Source of the DNA: the human T2T-CHM13v2.0 reference genome, Homo sapiens
Direction: 5' to 3' (one strand)
Assembly: GCF_009914755.1 (NCBI RefSeq)
Contig: NC_060937.1
DNA length: 64,000 nucleotides
This document shows, piece by piece, positions 41,477-62,235 of the stretch (the stretch's first letter is position 1; every line of letters begins with the position of its first letter). A program made the position numbers and the translations under genes. Under the pieces are notes generated by a model. That model did no database searches and had not been told where the DNA came from. It saw only the letters and a program-made list of their open reading frames with translations.

Positions 41477-44220
41477 GTATTTGTATGTCAGAACAGAAAA
41501 AGAAACCTCTTCTATTAGGGTACCAACTAAAGATATGAAGAAAAATTATAATCTGGTACTCTCTATAGGATTATTGTAGCCAAGAAATGACTTAATCTGC
41601 ATTCAAAAAAAGTTAGGGCTGAAATCTAGTATTAAGTGTTACACTTTTCCCTTGAAACAAGCTTCTCTAGCTGCTTTTTTTTTTTAATTAAAGAGAAATT
41701 ATAGCAACACCAATTTGTGTGCCAGGCAAGTTTTAGGTTTATTATGCTTGCATGGTTATTTGCATAAAATGCAGCAAGAATTCATTGGCCATATATACTC
41801 TTTTTGAGCTGGCTTTGCTGGAACTATACCTAACAAACGCTATTTTAGTTTAAGTCTTGGAAAAATAACCGGTGCCTCCAATTTTTTTTTTTTTAAACTC
41901 TTATTGAACTTATGCGGACAACTATATCGTCACAAAATTACAATCTGAATTTTGGTGAACCCAAAAGGTAAGTTTGCTTACAAAAACACAATTTACTCCT
42001 CCCCCAAAAAAGACAAAATAAAAAATAAACATACTTTAGCCAAATAGCTTAAAAGAAAAAGAAAGATTTTCTTAACCTTTCTTTAACCAGAGCAGCAGCT
42101 TTAAAACCAGATGCTTGTTTACCTTGGAAATGCCAATTACAAACAAAACAGCTCATGAGAGCTGTCTATCAGGCACTGTAGCATTTAGTAGCTCCTCACA
42201 ATTAGTTCTAGGAAAGAGGCTCTCTTCTTATTAGGTAGCAAGATTTTATGTAAACCATTTTTATTTTATCACAGAACTCTTTGGGGAAATATTATTTCTA
42301 TTAGCATAGGGGTAGCTTCAGTTAATATTTCATGGCAAGGCAATAAATGCCCCAACAAGTGGAAATTCTCTAATTCAGTCATTGTCATTGAAAAGTACTC
42401 ATGATCTTTGTCATCGGCCCCGATAAATGTTCCACTCAAAGGGCTACGCAGTGGAGGATTTGTCCCGATTAGCACTCCAGCTCCTACCCTATACTTTGTG
42501 GGCTTAGACGATTTTACTAGTTCCTATTTAGTGTGTTCAAATAACATTTCCTAGAAGAGCAGATTTACATGCCCTCAGTTTTACAGTACTAGGAAAAGGA
42601 AAACGTCCCCCAGTTAGACATAGTACCCATTTTCATAAGACATTTAGGTAAAAGGGGTTACAACTACCTTACATAAAGCTTGTTTAAACATCATAAATTG
42701 TATAATTCTATTAAACTCTATGTTTTTATGTTCGGGTCCCAGGAACCCTTTTACACCCCCAGTCTATTTTACCTTTTCTGGTGAAAAGAGTTTGGGTTCC
42801 CAGCAGGGAGTTGTGTCTGTAAGACCTATGAGGGACAGCAAATTGGATAAGGCTTCTTAAACAGTCCTATGATTCTGTGCAAGGGGCACTCATGTAAAAG
42901 GGGGCCCCTTAACCCCCAAATTTACCATGACCTTGAGTAGTAGGCATATTTGGTGGGAAGATACCTCAGTTATCATAAAGCCAGTCCAACATGGCTTGCA
43001 TATGAAGCATGTTAATGCTTCACCTGGGGTGCTTCACTTGGTATTTTATAGAGAGAGTTGGGCAGTCCCCTTCTCAGGGCAAACAGACCTTACTGGATTT
43101 ATCCAGTCCACTAGGCTGATTCTTTTCTCAGGAATAACCTTCTGTTCATTTGGATCACATATACTCATCAGTGATTGTTCAGTAGTGAGCTGTGGGTCCT
43201 GTATTAATCCAAACACGCTCTTAAATTCTGTAGCATTTAAAATGAATAATTTTGTCCTTAAAAGTGGTGGCTTTTACAATCCACTAAAGATTTTTTAAAG
43301 AAGCCGAATGATACCAGTCTACAAAATGGAACAATTTACATTATGCCCTCTGGTTTTTAATGATTACTTGGCTTTACCACAGGGTTCAGATTTAACTTTT
43401 GTTGCCCTGGCTTGCTTTCTTTTTTAATCCATTTAGTTTTATCTGTATAATTCTCTTTCATTATAAAGCTACTCTTAGTTTCTTAACCAAAAAACTTACA
43501 TTTTTTTGAAAATTGACATCCTTGTGTTTTATAAAATTTTGCCAAAAGCATATTTTACGCTCCAACTATTTTAAATTTTAGTAACCCAAATTTCCAGTGG
43601 GGGAAAAAAACAGGTTTTTAACATGACTTTAAAATTTTAAATTACTGGGGAGAGTTTTAAGATTAAATTTACCAAGTTTATTTTACCGAAGATTACCAAG
43701 TCATGTGAATTAAAAGGCATCTGAGCTAGCTTCTACCAATCTGATAAGCACTTAACATTTTTTAAGTTACTTGATTAGAGCTCTTTCATGTAGTTTGGTA
43801 GTAAAATATCACTTCCCCATGACACAAATAAAGATAGAGATATAAAAAGCATGCAGAATAAAAAGGCAGTTTCAAAAGATATTTTATTTGCCAATTTTCA
43901 AGAAAATTATCTCACTTATTTTAGACAGTTAATAAAAGTAACAGCAGACAACAAAAGGTAAAGAAGAAAGCTACCATTCAAGGCCTTGCCTTTTCACAAG
44001 AGAAAGAGTTGAACTTCTGAGCTATCAATCTGAAGAATGTTAAAGACAGATGATAGAATGTTAAAGTTTAAAAACTTCATGCATTAAAAGTCAAATATTT
44101 GTAATAAAATATTGATTTGACTATTTAGTTTTGTATTAGTGTACTTTTAAGTATCAAAGACCCATCTCTACAAAGACTATTATAATTTCCTCTTCATTAT
44201 AACCAACTGAATTACACAAC

Positions 44221-45920
<1,700 letters not shown>

Positions 45921-45945
45921 TATGTTCTAAATAATTTTTGATCTT

Positions 45946-47188
<1,243 letters not shown>

Positions 47189-47689
47189 TCCTGTAGTTTT
47201 AATAAATGTATTTTAATGTTACTGGCCACTTCAGATTTTTCTTGATTGTTTAATCCAATGAAGCTTTTAAAGATATTCTCATACAGGGAAATGTTAAAAT
47301 ATCTCTCTCAAAGGGATGTCTATGTCTTGGCTGGAAATATTACTCAGTGAGAAATAATTTTAGGCCATAGGGAGATCTCTTTATCTTTGCAAGGGCATTT
47401 ACTGCCTTAAATGCATTTTAATTGATAGGGAAGAGAGAAAGTCCAATGTAGGTCCACCTACTTGATAACTAAGGCTGAAATCCAGTTCAAGCTGGGCCTG
47501 GGGACAGCAGCAGGCTCAGGTGACCAGGGAGGAACCTGGTTCAGCTTCATTCCCTTCAGAATTCTCCAAGGACAAGGCTCCCACCCTTCCGAGCAGGCAG
47601 GACTGTGGTCAAGCACATGCCTTTGCCCACACATTAACAACTGTCATGAGTTTATGTGTTTTCTTTTCGAAGGAGGATGCATTCAGACA

Positions 47690-47970
47690 CATCTGTGTGT
47701 GTTTCTACAGACGTACATTCAGGAATATGGAGCATCGCAGCTGGGAGTGTGCACCTGCTCCTCACAGTGATGTGACCTATCCTGATGTGTTTTCCCTTGA
47801 CAATGTCTTGGAGAGCTTTCCATGTGAGTGCATGTAGGTCCAACTTGGTCTTCATAACTGCTGCATGGTGTGTCATGGTATGCAAGCACCACAACATATT
47901 TAGCCAGTCCCTGACTGATGGGCATCTAGGTTGTTGCCACTTATCCACTATTCCATTGACATAGGAATCT
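47690..47970 (-). mobile_element. L1ME-type 3' fragment
   Basis: TTTAGCCAGTCCCTGACTGATGGGCATCTAGGTTGTT. Confidence 0.65.
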
Positions 47971-48501
47971 TGCAAGATAAAGTTGAAAGGTAATTCAGTG
48001 GCATTTGAGGCTCTCTGTAGTGTTCTGAAGTCTTACCTTCAGGTAACATGCCTTTTCCCAAAGAGTACACTCCAGTCAAACTAGTCTAACACGATTTTCT
48101 AGCTCAAAATCTGCACAGGTCAATCCTTCCACCCAGAAGGCCCACTTCTCTTCTTTTCCTCTTTCTAAATTTGGCCTGTCTTAGAAGGCTGTCTCCTATT
48201 CCCACTCTTCTGTGAAAACTTTCCTCTTCTCTGGGCTCCCAGCCTATGGTAGTCTTTCTTTCACCAAATGTCTATTGTATTCTGTATGGCTCACTCAATA
48301 TTTGTACATTTTTTTGTATTTTAATATTTCATTATATTAACAATCCTCATGTCTTCACCTAGAAGCTAACTTATTGAAGTAAGATAAATTTTCTTGCCTT
48401 TTAGCTAAAGTCTCAGCTCTATTTTCTTTCTTCTCTCTAAGCATACCTTGCCCCAAAGCTGAATAAGTCTGTCCACATTATTTCTCTGCTCACAAACCAA
48501 T

Positions 48502-48531
48502 ATGATGATGATGATGATGATGATGATGATG
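48502..48531. repeat. (ATG)10 microsatellite
   Basis: Counted directly. Confidence 0.97.
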
Positions 48532-48747
48532 TCATCCTCAACAGCTCCCTCATGAGTGGCATCACCAGCCTTCCTCAGGTTAAGTATCACAACAAGGAGA
48601 GCATCTTCAAAGGTGACTCCTGCCTTAGGCCTACAAAAGCCCTCTCTTTTCCATTCCTCCACTCCAGTCAGGGCCCCTCCCCATTCCATGAGCCTGTTAG
48701 TTGGGAGAAGCTAGACTACATGGTCACAGGTAAATCCCAAAGTGTTA

Positions 48748-49089
<342 letters not shown>

Positions 49090-49871
49090 TCACTCACCTC
49101 ACACCTGGCCGTGGGTCAGAACGGCCTCCTTGGCAGCTCCTGCTCCTCCAGCAGCCCTGCCACCCCCAATCTTCACTTGTAGCCGCACAGCTGGAAGGAA
49201 GCTTGTGCCCAGGACTCACACTTCCTCTTGACAGCCTCCAGCCAGGCCAGCACCGCACTTCCGCTCACCGCCTACAGCCTCTACTTGTCCCAAGGCTTCG
49301 CATAACTGGAAGAGAGACTGGGAAGCGCAGGGCACACGGAACACCTGAAGAGCACTCCTGTCTGTGCCCCGGAGCTGCCGGGATCAACTGGGGGCTCTAA
49401 GAAATGGAGGCAGCAAGAAGCTAGGAAAGGCAGGGAGTGCCTGGAGGTATTGATCCAGGTATGGGGCCTCAACCAAAAACATCTGCCCCAGTACCCTCTG
49501 AGAATGCTGACTCGGTCACCCTGCCTCCAGTTCTACCAATGACAGAGGCATCTGGCTTACTAATTTTTCTTTTTGAAAATCGCAGGTCTTCTGAGAAGTC
49601 TAAGTGGCCTCCTCTCTCTCTCTCTCCGAATAATTTAAAGAGGGTTTTCCCCACAACCTCTAGGTGAAGTCAGTGAAAGAAGAGGCACTTTGTTTGGAGA
49701 AAATAAGCAGGAGTCTTGGAGGATGGATAACTGTAGAAAGCGGGCATGCCTGGGCAAGGTACAGCCACTCTGAGGGCACTTCAGGTGACATAAAGTGGAC
49801 AGCAGCAACTTGGGAGGAGCAGGAAGCCCCTCTGCATAGGGCATCCTCAGCCAGCCCTGGAGAGGAGTAAA

Positions 49872-49967
49872 CCCTTCTCCCCTCCTCCCCCCTTCTCCCT
49901 CCTCCTCTCTTCCCCCTCCTCTCCTCCACCCTTCCTCCCTACCTCCTCCCTTCTCCCTCACCTCCTT
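49872..49967. repeat. CT-rich polypyrimidine/polypurine low-complexity tract
   Basis: About 95 nt almost entirely C/T. Confidence 0.9.
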
Positions 49968-50625
49968 GCCCCTGCCTTATCGCCCTGCTGCTGGAGCACA
50001 GGTTTCAGGTTGGCTTCATATTTAGCTGTAAATCCCAAGAGAAACATGGCAGAGTTAAAAATTAATTCGATTGGCACATTTCAACTACTTTGTGGATTAT
50101 ATAGGCTTTTCTAACTCTGCCTGGGGATTCAAACAGCAACTTCAACTCTTTCTGTGGAACAAAATAATAATGTTCTAAGTTCCAAAGTCCAGGATTATGT
50201 TTTTTTAAATAAAGCCTATTTTCTTTTTTCCGATTATAAAAATAATACATGTAATAATGGACTTTGAAAAATACGGGTAAATATACAGAAACCAATATAA
50301 ATCATCCATAGTTTCACTTTAGAACCACAACTCATTCCTTAACTGGGACAGGGCACACTGCCAGTTACCAGACGAAATTCATGTTTTCAGCTCCCTGGGT
50401 CCACAGCTGGAACTGATTTCCAGCATCTATTGCCATCAGATCCAGCTAAGGACTACCTCCTAGCCAGTGAATTTGAATAGTGGTTGTACAGGCCCCTTCT
50501 AGGCCTGGCCTGAGGAGAGCCTCCATGCCTGCCCTTCACAGGCCCTTCTCCTCCAGCCAGCTGGGTGGAAGGTGCTCTCTGAGGCAACCTTGGAAGCCAG
50601 ATATTGAAGATGGAAGTGCCCTTCA

Positions 50626-51084
<459 letters not shown>

Positions 51085-53264
51085 CTACATTACCCTGTCC
51101 TGCCAACATGGCTAAGGACTACCTCAATTTCTCTCCTAAACTGCACACTGTCTACTGCAGGCCTAGCATGCACAGCAAGCCCTCAGCAAACTCAGTTTTT
51201 CACAGTGAAATGATTCCTGTAGGGTCCTTTCCCTTTGACAGCTGCAGAAGCGTCAGTGCTAGAGCAGAGGCCTTGCTGTCCAACAGCCCTAATGCCAGCC
51301 TCACTGGGAAGCCTTTGGTGGCTTCTGGAGTTTTCCCTTTCCTCCTTTCCTCCGCTAAGAACAAGACCATAAACGTTTCAAAAACACAGTGAGGTCTAAC
51401 AGAAAAGGAGTTTAATACTTCTTTCACAATTCCAGAGCCTCTGGGGAAATGTCCCATCAGCATATCTAAATCCTAACCAGTATCTTCTAGCAGAAGTTTC
51501 GGTGCCACAAGCAGACATTGATGGGTTGATTGAGACACAACATCCCTGTCTACAGCACACACTAGTTCCAAGCATGCGGACAGGGGGCTTGGAACATGCG
51601 CAAAAGCAAATGCTCCACAAAAAAAAAGAACAGCAGGAAAGTGAACCTAGAGGATTGAGAATGAAGAGTGAGACAATACAAGAAAGAAAATGTTTCCACC
51701 ATTAGGAAAAAAAAAAAAAAACAGAAACATTGACTTTGATCTCCATTGTTAGAAAGAAAAAGAAAAAAATCAGAAACACATATATATTAAGGCAACAGTA
51801 AAAAGATGAGACCAAAAACATGAAAGGAAAGCTGAAGATCCAGGTAGAAACTCAAAGGTTTTGCAGCCTTCCCATCGCCACTGGCTGGGAGGGCCGGGCA
51901 AGGCTGGATTCTCCACAGTTACTGGAGGTAATGAGCCTCCTGGGACCTTTCACCCACTTTCTCATCAGTGAACATACCTGGGCCTGGGATTATGCTAACT
52001 ATTCTGGAACTGCCTCTTCAAACCAGTCTAACAGCTTGCTCAAGGCACAGTGATGCAGGACCAAGATGAAAGGAAACGGAAGCATGTTAGGATCATTGCT
52101 AGGGTCATTCAAATACACCCTGAAACTGCACCTTCCGCCACCAAATGGACCAACAGATCGAGGGTTGCCTGCCAAGGGGACTTATGGCCTGAGGCCCCAG
52201 CCCTCCCGCTGCAAGTCAGGCCCTGACAGGGGCGGTGTGAGACCAGGTGGGATCCCATCAACCATATTAATATGAGAGGCAGGAGCTGGTTTGGGACAGG
52301 TCCTAAGCCCTCACCACTGCACACCAGTTTCCTAGAACCACAGGGTTCTGTCAATGTCAAAGCAAACAGTAGGACCAGACAGGGCTGTGAGAAGGGTCTA
52401 GAATCAAGCCCATCACCCTGCACATCTTGGAGGAGAGCTACTGTTCACTGTAGAAGACACCCCTCCCTGGGCATGATCAGCGTCTACTTGGGCAATGCTG
52501 TGCTGTCCCAGAGTCTTGCCCTGCAAAGCACACTTCAGGGCAGGGCAGGGCCCCTTCCTGGTAAGTCTCATGCCTGCCAGGCCACCAAGAATCTGCCAGC
52601 CCCCATCAGGCTGGCTCCTGCACTTACTCCCCCGGCTATGTGTCTCAGAACTGCTTTGTGTTGACATAGTGGGAAGTACCCTACATGATGTAAAATAACA
52701 CCAGGACCAGCCTTCAACAAAACTGTGAGGTAGGCACAGTTTACCTCGCCCACTCTCCCACTTCTGTGTCTCCATCATCCAGCCTTCCATTCCCATCATG
52801 GCCCTGCCTTCGGCCACTGGCATCCCTCTAAAATGACCAGCTGCTGCAGGCTGAGGATGTGTATGTCCTAAATGAGTCCCTTAGAAATCAAAAATCTATA
52901 AGGAGGAAACAAGAATAATAGGATTTCAGGCCTCTGAAAGATATTGAAGACATACAGACAGGTACCTGCTAGATCCTTCCCAAACTAAGTTGTATGAACA
53001 ACTTAGTACATGTTTTAGACTTTTTGTGCCCAAGGACATGAGTCTTCAAAGCTGACACACTTTCCTGGGTCTGGAAAGTCTTGACAGTCCAGCTGTGGAA
53101 GTAGTTGTGGTGCATCACCCTGGAAGTGCAAACCGTTAACTCTATCTGCTCCTGCAGCCCGCATCAGTCCAAGCCTGACAGCTGACCTGGACACTCCACG
53201 CAAAAAGCTGCTAATGCAACCATAAAGAAACCAAATTTGAAGAAAACCCAGGTGATTTTTAACA

Positions 53265-53388
53265 ATTTTTTTTGTAGACAAGATCTTGCTATGTTCTCCA
53301 GGCTGGTCTTGAACTCCTGGCTTCAAGTGAGCCGCCTGCCTCAGCCTCCCAAAGTGCTGGAATTACAGGTATGAGCCAGCGAGCCCGG
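53265..53388 (-). mobile_element. Alu monomer
   Basis: Antisense left monomer. Confidence 0.88.
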
Positions 53389-54802
53389 ACAACCCAAGTG
53401 ATTTTTATGAAAGGCTTCCACTTCCTCCTTCGCCTGCTTAGCCCATTCCCAGCATTATGCCAACCTAGCAAAGCCAACAGATCTGTGTTGCCCTCCACCT
53501 TCTGGCCCCTTCCACATTCTGCAGGAGACCCTATCAAAAGAAACAGCAGGAATCAAGGAGGAAAACCAGGAGGGAAACAAGGGCTGGATGGTCTGTGTGC
53601 TGGCAGGTCAGCCCTAATGACCAGGAAGCCACCACAGGCAAACCCCTGGATGGAGCGCCTCTCCCCACAGCCTGCCCACCAACCAGGCGAGGGGGCCTGG
53701 CTCCATGAGGAAACCTGGCGGGACTCACAGCTGCCATTTGGCAGCTTTCCGGTTCTTTATCCAGAGTTCTTTTCCTTATGCTGGACCACCCCTTGGGCAA
53801 GCATGCCTGATTCCAGGCAACTATTTTCCTGACTGAGCAGTATAAAGATGCCTACTGAGAGAGAGAGAGAGATATTCCTCAGTCCCCTTTCAACCACTGA
53901 CACCAAGGCCATTGGAGGAAGTCACCATCCTACATTGTCCTTCTCATTGCCTATTTCTTGGGTGAAATGGGTCTCCATGAGCACGGATCCCAGGAGTCTG
54001 GGTCTCAGATGATACAGGATGAGGTGCACCACCAAAATAAGAAGTTGGACAAAACACAGATCATTATAAATGGACTAAATCCACCTATTAAAACACTGAA
54101 ACACCTGTAATCCCAGTGCTTTGGGAGGCCGAGGAGAGAGGATCATTTGAAGCCAAGAGTTTGAGACAAGCCTAGGCAGCATAGCAAGACCCCATCTCAA
54201 AAAAAAAAAAAAAAAATTAGCTGCGAGTGGTGGCACACTCCTGTAGTCCCAGTTACTTGGAAGGATGGCTTGAGCCCAGGAGTTGGAGGCTGCAGTGAGC
54301 TATGATCACACTACTGCAATCTAGCCTGGATGACAGAGACTCTCTCAAAACAGCAACAACAACAAAAACCCTTCGGTTTGTGTTGTTTTTCAAATCCACC
54401 TGTACATTACTTACAAAAGGCAAACCTTAAAAGAAACCACCATGGAAAGATTGAAAATAAATTAATGGAAAGCTGTCTATCACATACGAATCAAAAGAAA
54501 GTATGTGTCACTATACCAATACCAGAAAAATAGAAGATAGGACAAAAAAAATTATTAAGAGAGTTAGAGGGACACTACCTAATAATAACAGAAGAAACTC
54601 ATCAGGGTTACCTAATGACATAATATATCAAATTATAGAGCCTTGAAATCATAAAGCAAAAGCTAACATAAATTACAAGAAGAAATTCACAAATCCTCAA
54701 CTATAACGGGAGATTTTAAGACGCCATAAATGAGAAACTAAAAGATCAAATGTATAATTAATTAAATTATAGAATGATGGAACAATGGCATTCAGAGCCA
54801 AT

Positions 54803-55398
54803 CCGAAGGTTCCCAGACTCCACACTGAGGCACCCCAGAGTGCCGAGCTGGAGTCATGGGAAGCTGCCGGAGACTTCAGCTGCAGAAGACTTTAAGTTTC
54901 CAGGGAAAGAGCTGCACAAAACATCTGGTCAGGAACCACGCAAGCTTTGAGTTTGAGAGCTCATAGTTTCAACATCAGATCACACTACATTCTTTTCATA
55001 ATTTCATATTTTTGTGAAGCTGGATTTTCAGCCATTGCTGTGATAAACAGTAAGTAGCCTGGGAAAATCACGATGGAACAAGAAACGAGCGTGGCAGGAG
55101 CCTCCAATCTGCTTCCAAGAGTTGAGAAGTGGTACAGTACCCAACACACACATACATCTCATGAAGAGGCAATTGTAGTTATGTAAGAAGCTAAAAATAT
55201 TTTTTCTTTCAATTACTGTACATGTATTATTTTTTCAAACAGCTACAAGTTGTTAGGATGCAAATACTAATGAAGTCACTTGGATCTAACTACTTAATAA
55301 ACAAAACCATTAGGTATTTCTTTTGGTCTAGGGGTACCACACAAATAATTACTGAGTCACTAAGGGTGACGTGAGCAGAGAAAGTTTGGGAATATCTG
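54803..55398 (+). mobile_element. MER119-like hAT-Charlie DNA transposon
   Basis: GGTTCCCAGACT / AGTTTGGGAATATCTG terminal inverted repeats; internal TTTCAACATCAGATCACACTACATTC. Confidence 0.75.
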
Positions 55399-55623
55399 GC
55401 CTAATCGAATAATGTATATAGAAACATACGCTCCAAAACTGAAAATACCTAGCACTTTGGGAGGCCAAGAGCAGGGGATTGCTTCAGCCCAGGAGTTTGA
55501 GAACAGCCTGGGCAACATAGCAAGACCTTGCCTCTACCAAGAATTAAAAAAAATAAAAATAAAAAAACCAAACACACACACGAAAACTGGCCAGGCATGA
55601 TGGTGCACCTATAGACCCAGCTA

Positions 55624-55779
<156 letters not shown>

Positions 55780-56367
55780 TTATTTTCAAGCATACAGGAA
55801 ACTTTTTAGAAAATTTTAGAAAAGGCCGGGCGCGGTGGCTCACGCCTGTAATCCCAGCACTTTGGGAGGCTGAGGCAGGCAGATCACGAGGTCAGGAGAT
55901 CGAGACCATCTTGGCTAACACAGTGAAACCCCATCTCTACTAAAAATACAAAAAATTAGCTGGGTGTGGTGGTGGGCGCCTGTAGTCCCAGCTACTCGGG
56001 AGGCTGAGGCAGGAGAATGGCGTGAACCCGGGAGGCAGAGCCGAGACTGCGCCACTGCACTCCAACGTGGGCGACAGAGCCAGACTCCATCTCAAAAAAA
56101 AAAAAAAAAAGAAAGAAAAAGAAAAAGAAAATTTTAGAATATTTGATGCCTAATAAGGTCACAAAGTCCTCACCTACTTCAAAAAAAAAAAAATACAAAC
56201 CATGACATCTGATCATAATATTTTAAAATTAGAAATCAATAATAAAGATCTGTTTTTGAAACACGTATGTCTAGAAACGTAAACTCATACTGCTAAATAT
56301 TATTGACTCAACAGAGACATACAATGAAAGTTTTGAAATATTTCTAACTTAACAACAAAAACTGCAT

Positions 56368-56820
56368 CTTTTTTCTTTTTCAGCTTTTAGAATCAAGGGT
56401 TTGTTACAAAGGTGCGTTGTGTGATGCTGAGGCTTGGCTTATGCTTGCTCATCACCCCCGAAATAAGCATGGTACCCAGTAGTAGTTTTCAGCCCTTGCC
56501 CTCCTTCCTCTCTCTCCCCTCTAGTAGTCCCTAGTCTCTGTGGTTCCCATCTTTATGGCCAACAGTACCCAAAGTTTAGCTACCACTTGTAAATGAAAAC
56601 ATGCAGTATTTGGTTTTCTGTTTCTGCATTAGTTCACTTAGGATAATGGCCTCCAACTGCATCCGTGTTGCTCCAAAGGACATAGTTTCATTCTTTTTAT
56701 GGCTGCATAGTATTCCATGGTGTATATGTACCACATTTTCCTTATCCGGTGTGGTAAAGGATGGTGGGTTTGATAAAGAAAATGTGGTACACTTACACCA
56801 TGGAATGGGCTGAGTTCATG
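56368..56820 (-). mobile_element. Short 5'-truncated primate L1 with an inverted 5' segment
   Basis: Poly-T, antisense L1 3' UTR to 56746, sense copy at about 56760-56806, TSD AAAAACTGCAT (56357-56367 and 56821-56831). Confidence 0.88.
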
Positions 56821-57214
56821 AAAAACTGCATTTTTTAAAACCTGTGGAAAATACTAATGGGATATAGAGGGAATTTATACTTTATGGAATTTATGTAAAA
56901 ATATGAAAGAGTACAAGTAAACCCTATAAATTAGGAAGAGGACAACACAACAGAACAAACCCCAAAGAAAGTAGGAGGAATAAAATTAGACAGATTAGAG
57001 CAAACAGTAATGAATAAACAAACAATAGAGACAATCAACCAAACCAAAGCTAGTTCTTCACAGGAACTATTAAAATAGGCTAATCAGGCTGGCTGTAGTG
57101 GCTCATGCCTATAATCCCAGCACTGTGGGAAGCTGAGGCAGGCAGATCACCTGAGGTCAGGAGTTCCAGGGTAGCATGGCCAACATGGCGAAACCCTGTC
57201 TCTACCAAAAATTA

Positions 57215-57364
<150 letters not shown>

Positions 57365-58662
57365 TCATAAATAAATAAATAAACAATAAAATAAAATAGA
57401 CTAACCCCATCCCACCCTCCTGCAAGATTGAGCAGCAAAAGAGAAAAACAAGTTACAAATAAGCAAACAAGCAAATTTAGAATGAGAAGGAGGCATGTTT
57501 ACATACTCAGTAGAGATTTTTAGATTGGTAAGGGAATGCTACAAACAAGTTTTATGTCAATAAATTTGGAATCTTTAAAGAAATAGAAAAATTCCTAGTA
57601 AAATATAACTTGCCAAATTTGGTTAACGAATGAATAGAAAGAGTAGAAGAATAGAAAGAAATGGATTCCGCACTCACAAATATCCCACCTTAAAAAAAAA
57701 TCAGGGAATAACAAATAAATTAGGAAAATACATGAATCTCCCATGCAAAAATTCCAGATAATTTATGTAGGCACTTTGCCCTCAGGAAAATGAAGCATAA
57801 CGTCCCACTCCATAGATGTGGCTTTTTTTCAAAGAGTGCAGTACTGATTAGGGGTGTGAGGAGGAGAGCCACCTCACAGTGGAGAAACCGACAAACACTA
57901 CCGCAGCCAGATGCTCAAGGCCAGTATTGATGGTGATAAGTCATATGGATACTACCTGCCCTGATATAGTGTGATGAGAACAGCACCTCACCTCTGTGGC
58001 CTTCTTCCCCAAAACCCATAAACCTAGTCTAATGAGAGAAGAAAATACCAATCCCAATTGAGGGGCGTTCTACAAAATACCTGATCAGTACTCCTCACAA
58101 CTGCAGAGGTCATCAAAAACAAAGTTGGACAAGCTGTCACAGCCAAGAGGAGCCAAAGGGGACGTGACAATTAAAGGTGATGTGGCATTTTGTAGAACAC
58201 TCTGGGACAGAAAAAGGGCATTAGGGAAAAACAAAGTAAATTCAATAAAGTATGGACTTTAGTGAATAATAATGTCTCAATACTCATTCATTAATTGTAA
58301 CAAATGTACCCATGCTAATATAAAGTGTTAATAATAGGGGAAAGTGTATGTTGGGGGGGAGAAGAAGATGGAAATGCTCTGTATTCTCTATCTGCTCACT
58401 TTCTCTGTAAATCTAAAACTTCTAAAAAATATTCTAGTAATTAAAAAGCCGTGATTGCTTCATACAGATGCAAAAACTAATTAAAATCCAGCAATTGTTC
58501 ATTATTTGTAAAATAGTAGGTTCTATTGATTGACTTTATTATTGAATAAATACATTAATTATTTTAAAAAAGCTCTTGGCAGGCCAAGCACAGTGGCTCA
58601 TGCCTGTAATCCCAGCACTTTGGAAGGCCAAGGCAGAAGGGTTGCTTGAGCCCAGGAGTTCA

Positions 58663-58896
<234 letters not shown>

Positions 58897-58999
58897 TCAC
58901 GCCTGTAATCCCAGCACTTTGGGAGGCTGAGGCAGGGGCATCATGAGGTCAGGAGATTGAGACCATCCTGGCTAACACGGTGAAACCCCGTCTCTACTA

Positions 59000-59278
<279 letters not shown>

Positions 59279-60696
59279 CTACCAAAACCATCAAACTTAA
59301 TTGTGAAACATTAGAAGTATTCCATTTAAAGTCAGCAGCAAGACACGGGTGCCTGCTCTCATCACCTGATTCAACATTATACTGAAGGTTAACTCAGTGC
59401 AATAAGATAAAGAAGCAAAATATGTTAGGATTGGAGACAAGTGGGGAAAAGTCATTATTTACAAATGACACGCTTGTTTACCAACTAAATCAAAGCAAAC
59501 CCACAGAGTAGCTATGGACTGCAACTCCATTGCCTGCCTCTGGCCTCAAAAGAACAGAGGCTGTGGCTCAGGTCCTTCTTTACAGTTTCTCAAGCCATCT
59601 CCTTCTACTGCTTTTCCTTCTCCTTTCTACTAAGGGGATCCTCCGTTTGCCTCTCCACTGTAGAGGAGAAGGGAAGTGGAGAATTCGGCAGGTCCTTCTG
59701 CAAGTTCCTTAGGATGCACTGGCTCTGCAGTTTGGAGAAAAGAACTAAAAGGTTTGTGTCATTCAGAACCCAAACCAAACTTCATGACATACAGTACCAA
59801 ACAATCCAGCTGTGCAGTTGTGCCCGTCAGCTCTGCATTCCCCAAACACCTCCCCCAAACCCCCAATGCCCCATGTCCTATAGTTAGGGCTTCCTTCCCC
59901 CACATCACACCCACAGCAGCTTTGTCCCTCTAGGGGACAGAAAATTCTGGAAACAGGTCTCTCCCAAGACACCTTGAACCCCATAACTCCCTCTGTACCA
60001 CCCAGTCCCAATACTAGGGAAAGCTGGGGTGACACCCAATATACCAACCAATACTGACTTTCTACCATCTGGCAAATGGATTTTGAAACAGAAATTAAAC
60101 ATAGTTATTCAGAAAATAAAGAAAGTTCTACTTCTCACACACCCAAGCTTGTGGTCTGAGTCTCATCCTTGCTACTTGAACACTATAAACATTCAGGATT
60201 CATGACCCTTAACTTAAGCCCCGGGCTCCACAGCCTGGACGATCTCCATAAGTGATAACCCTCCCCAGCAAGCTGACGGTTTCTCAGAACAAGGATGGTA
60301 GGAGGGGAGGTAGAAACTTTCATGTTTACATTATACAGTACTAGATTGCTTTTGTAATTTAAATTTTTATTAGAAAAAAAAAAACTCTTATCATCCCTGG
60401 CTTTTGCCCCCAGATGAAAAGATTACATAAGGAAACCAAATCTTGTGTGCAACACACACACTTTACACATCTGGTCTTGAAGATGTAAAAATTTACAACC
60501 TATATTAGAATCCATATTTATGCAGACTTTATGAGAAGACAAATAAAAATCTATTTTAAGGATATGGTAAACTCATAAAGAAAATACAAAGTTCAAATCT
60601 CAGTGGATATATTTCTGAGAAACTTTCTCTTCCTCCTTATACCCAGGAGTTTTATCTGGTTTGGGAGGAGCCATGCCTCTGACCTAGACAGGTTGT

Positions 60697-62235
<1,539 letters not shown>

